A stretch of DNA of 62,468 nucleotides, filler included. It is 5 parts of 5 records of this genome, joined end to end, with 100 filler letters (N's around TTAATTAATTAA, not from the genome) between each part and the next. Parts side by side here need not be neighbours in the genome. Positions count along the whole stretch, not along the records: positions 27,375 to 59,298 come from SRR20825010_5511; positions 59,399 to 62,468 come from SRR20825010_5520; 3 more parts are not named here. One strand, written 5' to 3'. The notes under the pieces were generated by a model. That model searched no databases and was not told the DNA's origin. It was given only the letters and a program-made list of their open reading frames with translations. Of this stretch, positions 57,975-62,468 are shown piece by piece. Every line of letters starts with the position of its first letter. Position 1 is the stretch's first letter. A program made the position numbers and the translations under genes.

Positions 57975-59298
57975 TTATTTGTATGAACGGGTCTTGAGCT
58001 CGATATTCTCGTAATTCAAAGTCTCTTGGTGCAACACAGCATCTGCTGGTTCTCCTTTAAACTCCCAAGCCGAAACATGGGTGAAATTAGTGTCGTCACG
58101 CAAGGCTTCACCTTCTTCAGTGCTGTGCTCTTCACGGTAATGACCTCCACAAGATTCTTCTCTCAATAACGCATCTCTAGCGAACAACTCGCCCAGTTCA
58201 AGGAAATCGGCCACACGACCTGCTTTCTCCAGCTCAGGGTTCATACTGTCGGCACTACCTGGTACTTTCACTTCTTTCCAGAACTCCTCACGGATTTCTT
58301 TGATTTCAGCAATCGCCTCAGTTAAGCCTTTGGCATTTCTGGCCATCCCTACTTTATTCCACATGACTTTACCCAAGCGCTTATGGAAGTAGTCCACTGA
58401 TTTTGTTCCTTTATTATTAATAAAGAATTCAATTTGATCGGTTACTTCTCTTTCTGCCGCTACAAATTCTGGTAAATCAGTAGAAATCTCACCTGTTCTA
58501 ATGTCATTGGCCAGATAATCGCCAATGGTGTAAGGCAATACAAAATAACCATCGGCCAAACCTTGCATCAAAGCAGAAGCACCCAATCGGTTGGCTCCAT
58601 GATCTGAGAAGTTTGCTTCTCCAATGGCATAACAACCTTCAATTGTGGTCATTAAGTTATAATCAACCCAAACACCACCCATGGTATAGTGTACCGCTGG
58701 GTAAATTTTCATCGGTGTTTTATATGGATCATCGGCAGTAATCTTCTCGTACATTTGAAAAAGGTTACCGTATTTCTTTTCGATCACATCAACACCAAGC
58801 TCCTTGATTTTTGCATCAGAAGCATTGTGGATATGTTGAATATTGGCTTGTTCCTGTCCGTAGCGCATAATGGCTGAAGAGAAGTCCAAGTAAACTGCTT
58901 CACCTGTTTCGTTTGTACCAACACCGTAACCAGCATCGCAACGTTCCTTCGCTGCTCTTGAAGCTACATCTCTTGGCACTAGGTTACCGAAAGAAGGGTA
59001 TCTTCTTTCTAAGTAATAATCTCTATCGGCTTCAGCAATCTGAGTTGGCTTTAACTTGCCTGCTCTAATCGCTTCAGAATCTTCTTTCTTTTTCGGCACC
59101 CAAATTCTTCCATCATTTCTCAACGACTCAGACATCAAAGTCAATTTAGACTGCTGATCTCCATGCTGAGGAATACATGTTGGGTGGATTTGAGTATAAC
59201 AAGGGTTAGCGAAGAATGCTCCTTTCTTGTGTACTTTCCAACCTGCAGAAACATTAGAGCCCATTGCATTGGTAGAAAGGAAGAATACGTTTCCGTAA
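57975..59298 (-). CDS. sdhA: Succinate dehydrogenase/fumarate reductase flavoprotein, 5'-truncated
   Basis: [31 protein letters not shown] and [10 protein letters not shown] motifs. Confidence 0.95.
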
Positions 59299-59398
59299 NN
59301 NNNNNNNNNNNNNNNNNNNNNNNNNNNNNNNNNNNNNNNNNNTTAATTAATTAANNNNNNNNNNNNNNNNNNNNNNNNNNNNNNNNNNNNNNNNNNNN
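59299..59398. other. Artificial contig linker
   Basis: 44 N + TTAATTAATTAA + 44 N. Confidence 0.98.
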
Positions 59399-59399
59399 A

Positions 59400-59846
59400 T
59401 ACTGGTCTGATGGCTTGCGTCAGAGTTTTTCGCCATATACCACCCTGCAGGAAGCTTACTGGCGTGCCAAATGTCCGCGGGTTCTTATCTCGCTGGACAG
59501 CTTCCTGTCGATTATGGTCGCCGGTTATAGTCGCCCGGTGGATATCCGATGCTTGTGCTGCAGCGGTATTTCCAAAGATGAGTGGCGCATTTTACAATCT
59601 CTTGTGGCGGCCCAGCTGGGGGAAGAGGCGGAGATTGCGCCGCTTATTTCTCATTTCCTGGAACCCGCCACGGTACGAATAGCCAAACCATCTATTCTGG
59701 AATGGGCTCAGGGCCTGAAAGACAGCGGGCTTATTCTGCCGACGCGCCCGGAAGTGGCAAGGAAGTCCAAACCGAATTTTGCGCGAACAGGCAAGGTTGT
59801 CAGTTTGCGTGACTATAGCAACTCTCATAAATCAACATTGCATTGA
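59400..59846 (+). CDS. 5'-truncated hypothetical protein with a CxCC motif
   Basis: Frame open from the contig edge (YWSDGLRQ...); RPVDIRCLCCSGISKDE; ends TLH. Confidence 0.65.
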   Translation, partial: YWSDGLRQSFSPYTTLQEAYWRAKCPRVLISLDSFLSIMVAGYSRPVDIRCLCCSGISKDEWRILQSLVAAQLGEEAEIAPLISHFLEPATVRIAKPSILEWAQGLKDSGLILPTRPEVARKSKPNFARTGKVVSLRDYSNSHKSTLH

Positions 59847-59945
59847 AGACTTTTTACGACGCCCCTATAGTTCGGCTTTTATGAGGGGATGGGCCGGACT
59901 TGCCGTTTTTCAGATCAGCGATAATCACTGAAAAATTGATGCGGC

Positions 59946-60866
59946 ATGATTAGCACGGGCGCATTAAATCCACTGCGCTCCGCCTTGATGATGCTCGGTG
60001 CCTGTTCCCTTATCGCGGCGACAACAATAATTGCGAAATCTTTGGGGACAGATCTCCTCGGGGAGCCGCTGCATCCATTGCAGGTGAGCGCGGGCCGTTT
60101 TCTTTTCGCGCTTATGGGGCTCTTCTGCGCGTCCCTCATCCTCCGCCCGAAAATTCAAACACCCGCATTCAAGCTGCATATCGGCCGGACCTTCTTCGGC
60201 TGGGCCGGCGTCAGCCTTATGTTTACGGCGGTCGTTCGAATTCCGGTTTCTGACGCCACTGCCATCAGCTTCCTCAATCCGATCTTCGGAATGCTCCTCG
60301 CCATTCCGCTGCTGGGGGAACGTGTCGGACCCTTCAGGTGGAGCGCGGTCGCCATCGCCTTTGTCGGGGCAGTGATTCTACTGCGACCGGGCAGCTCCAC
60401 CTTTGATCCAGCGGCCTTTATTGCGCTGCTTGCTGCCTTTTGCATGGGAATAGAGGTTATCCTGATCAAGAAGCTGACAGGCCGGGAATCACCCTTGCAA
60501 ATTTTGATCATCAATAACTGTATCGGCGCGATCATCGCCTGTTCCGCCGCGAGCTTTTTTTGGTCAGCTCCGACGATAGCGCAATGGGGCGCATTGGCGG
60601 CTATTGGTCTGGTGATGCTCTCTGCGCAATCGCTCTTTATTCAATCGATGCGGAGTGGGGATGCCAGCTTTGCACTGCCCTTTTCCTATTCCACGCTGAT
60701 CTTTGCGACGTTTTATGATTTCTGGATATTTGACGCTATTCCGGGATGGGTGAGTATTCTTGGTGCGGCGGTTATCCTCTCCGGCGCCTTGCTGCTGGGC
60801 TGGCGAGAAATTGTGTTGAGCCGACGGCAATCCATTGCGGCGAAGCCTCCGGAAACGATTGACTGA
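59946..60866 (+). CDS. DMT/EamA family transporter
   Basis: Ten TM with duplicated EamA repeats; LLGERVG and PFSY motifs. Confidence 0.92.
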   Translation: MISTGALNPLRSALMMLGACSLIAATTIIAKSLGTDLLGEPLHPLQVSAGRFLFALMGLFCASLILRPKIQTPAFKLHIGRTFFGWAGVSLMFTAVVRIPVSDATAISFLNPIFGMLLAIPLLGERVGPFRWSAVAIAFVGAVILLRPGSSTFDPAAFIALLAAFCMGIEVILIKKLTGRESPLQILIINNCIGAIIACSAASFFWSAPTIAQWGALAAIGLVMLSAQSLFIQSMRSGDASFALPFSYSTLIFATFYDFWIFDAIPGWVSILGAAVILSGALLLGWREIVLSRRQSIAAKPPETID

Positions 60867-60869
60867 TCC

Positions 60870-61625
60870 TCAAGAGGCAAGGGCCTGATCAAACAATTTC
60901 CCGAACCCGGTTACCCGGCTGCTATTTTTCATCAACTGAAGGCAATGCCAGAGGAGCGCCTGATTGCTGGTAACCACGGGTTTGCCGAGTGTCTTCTCCA
61001 CCTCTTCAATCACAAGGGAGGAACGGATCGCCGTGCAGGAAATGAAAAGGGCGTCCGCGTCCGGATCGCAAATCTGTAACGCGGCCTCACCAATCGCGGC
61101 GGGCGGCAGGCCCGTCATTTCGATATCATCATTGAGACCAAAGCCGTCGATATTCAGGATATCAAAATCTTCCTTTTTGAAATTTTCCGCGACGGCCGCA
61201 TTCACCGCATCGTCGTAGGGCGTCAATATCGATATCTTTTTTGCATCGAATGTTCGCAGGGCTTCACTCGCGGCGAGGATAGGATTTGTGCAGGGAATGC
61301 CGGGCTGCGCAATTTGGATGAGCCGCTCCAGTTCCTCCCCCCCGATTGCCGCAGTGCCGGAAGTGCAGCCATAGATCACCACATCAACGCCGAGGCCGGG
61401 CAGCAAGCCGCTTGCCGCGCGGGTAATATCTCCCGCCATCGCGCGCAAGTTCTCAATGGTGAGCGGATTGGCGTTGAGAACCCGGTTGGTGAAAAGATCG
61501 ACCCCCTTGGGGAGCATACGGCGGAGGTCCGTTTCGCTGTTGTAATCCGTTGCCAGTGCCACCAGACCGATCCGGCCGCCCGGGGCGATGTCTTCCAAGT
61601 TATAAGATATGTTCATGTTATTCAT
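60870..61625 (-). CDS. Asp/Glu racemase / maleate isomerase family protein (EutA-like)
   Basis: IGLVALATD, YGCTSG, LTPY, FISCTA and PVVTSNQA motifs; both catalytic cysteines present. Confidence 0.88.
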   Translation of the reverse strand: MNNMNISYNLEDIAPGGRIGLVALATDYNSETDLRRMLPKGVDLFTNRVLNANPLTIENLRAMAGDITRAASGLLPGLGVDVVIYGCTSGTAAIGGEELERLIQIAQPGIPCTNPILAASEALRTFDAKKISILTPYDDAVNAAVAENFKKEDFDILNIDGFGLNDDIEMTGLPPAAIGEAALQICDPDADALFISCTAIRSSLVIEEVEKTLGKPVVTSNQALLWHCLQLMKNSSRVTGFGKLFDQALAS

Positions 61626-62468
61626 CCTATCACAGGCAGTTCAGGCGCGGCGCGGCGGCTCAAGAGACGCGCGCCATCCTCGGTTATCACAATATTCTCT
61701 TCATGCACCATCTCTTTGCCGGGCGCAAATGCCATGCCCGGCTCCAGCGTGAGCACAACACCGGGCTCCAGCGGTGTCATGTCATCCGCCGTGTTGGACG
61801 GCCATTCGGTAAGTTCCATCCCGAGCCCATGACCAAGCCGTCCGACACTGTTGCCGAGGGCGCCGCCAGCCTCCATCACGGACCACATTGCCGCCCAGAT
61901 ATCGCTGGTGGTCGCGCCGGGGCGGGCGACGGCGAAACCTGCATCCGTTGCAGCATAGACGGTTTCATAGGCGCGGCGAGCATCGTCACCGGCAAAGCCA
62001 AAGGCAAAATTCCGATCGAAATCGCAAAAATATCCATCGAAGGTTGTCCCGGTATCGATGATAAGGATATCACCTGCCTCGATAATGCGGTCAGTCGGCC
62101 CCATGATGATGCTGTCATAGCCACCCGGACCGGAGCCGGAAATGAGATAGGGGGTTGTATCCGCGCCGCGTTCCAGTAGGTCAATACGCATCCGGTGACA
62201 GTTTTGCCGCTCACTCTCCCCCGCCTTCAGTGTCTTTGGGAGGTCTTCAAAAACGTCCGAGGTGAGATCGCAGATATAATGAATCTTATCGATCTCCGCC
62301 GCTGACTTCACATAGCGCAACTGATGAAGGAGGAGGGACGCATCGGCAATCTCGAAGGAGGTAAGGTCGTCGCACAGCTTCTGATAGTCGCCTGCCGGCA
62401 TCCGCAAGATGCTCTCATGGCCGAGCGGCACGCCGATCCGGCCAAAACGCCTTGGCAGTTGCAAGATC
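61622..62468 (-). CDS. M24 (Xaa-Pro) peptidase family protein, 5'-truncated
   Basis: VKSAAEI, IDTG, CDFDR, GHGLG, LEPG and HEEN metal-ligand motifs. Confidence 0.9.
   Translation of the reverse strand, partial: ILQLPRRFGRIGVPLGHESILRMPAGDYQKLCDDLTSFEIADASLLLHQLRYVKSAAEIDKIHYICDLTSDVFEDLPKTLKAGESERQNCHRMRIDLLERGADTTPYLISGSGPGGYDSIIMGPTDRIIEAGDILIIDTGTTFDGYFCDFDRNFAFGFAGDDARRAYETVYAATDAGFAVARPGATTSDIWAAMWSVMEAGGALGNSVGRLGHGLGMELTEWPSNTADDMTPLEPGVVLTLEPGMAFAPGKEMVHEENIVITEDGARLLSRRAAPELPVIG

Overview
The window is not one locus. It is five unrelated contigs joined by artificial 100-nt linkers (44 N + TTAATTAATTAA + 44 N) at 10366-10465, 15830-15929, 27275-27374 and 59299-59398. Contig 1 (1-10365) looks like Bacteroidota (Cytophagales): Lnb/DUF4105, a radical SAM-SPASM enzyme, suhB, rsmI, PpiD, a CNNM protein and lptC. 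Contig 2 (10466-15829) is also Bacteroidota-like: NFACT/RqcH, an MBL hydrolase, REC and REC-Hpt proteins, miaA and pfkA. Contig 3 (15930-27274) is a GC-richer alphaproteobacterium: sufS-sufT-sufA, a sulfotransferase/glycosyltransferase pair, trkH, hss, arfB, three regulator-effector cassettes with visible operators, and the 3' end of a tRNA (probably Thr). Contig 4 (27375-59298) is Bacteroidota-like: gcvT-comB, dtd, an RND-MFP-TolC pump, malic enzyme, sdhAB and several uncharacterised accessory modules. Contig 5 (59399-62468) is an alphaproteobacterium: an EamA transporter, an Asp/Glu racemase-like gene and an M24 peptidase. Taxonomic calls are impressions from protein style and composition only. 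I found no CRISPR array, integrase, transposase, rRNA or phage genes, and I cannot demonstrate a new system from sequence alone. The best candidates for something undescribed are: (i) a membrane-tethered LytTR one-component regulator divergent from an orphan mini-ExbB/MotA protein; (ii) a four-copy REP-like cluster with covarying stems, one copy of which supplies a protein C-terminus; (iii) a zeta-like P-loop kinase plus small-protein pair; (iv) a non-SoxR MerR regulator with a SoxR-type operator upstream of a thiopurine/Se-Te methyltransferase whose ORF runs antisense into the tRNA.
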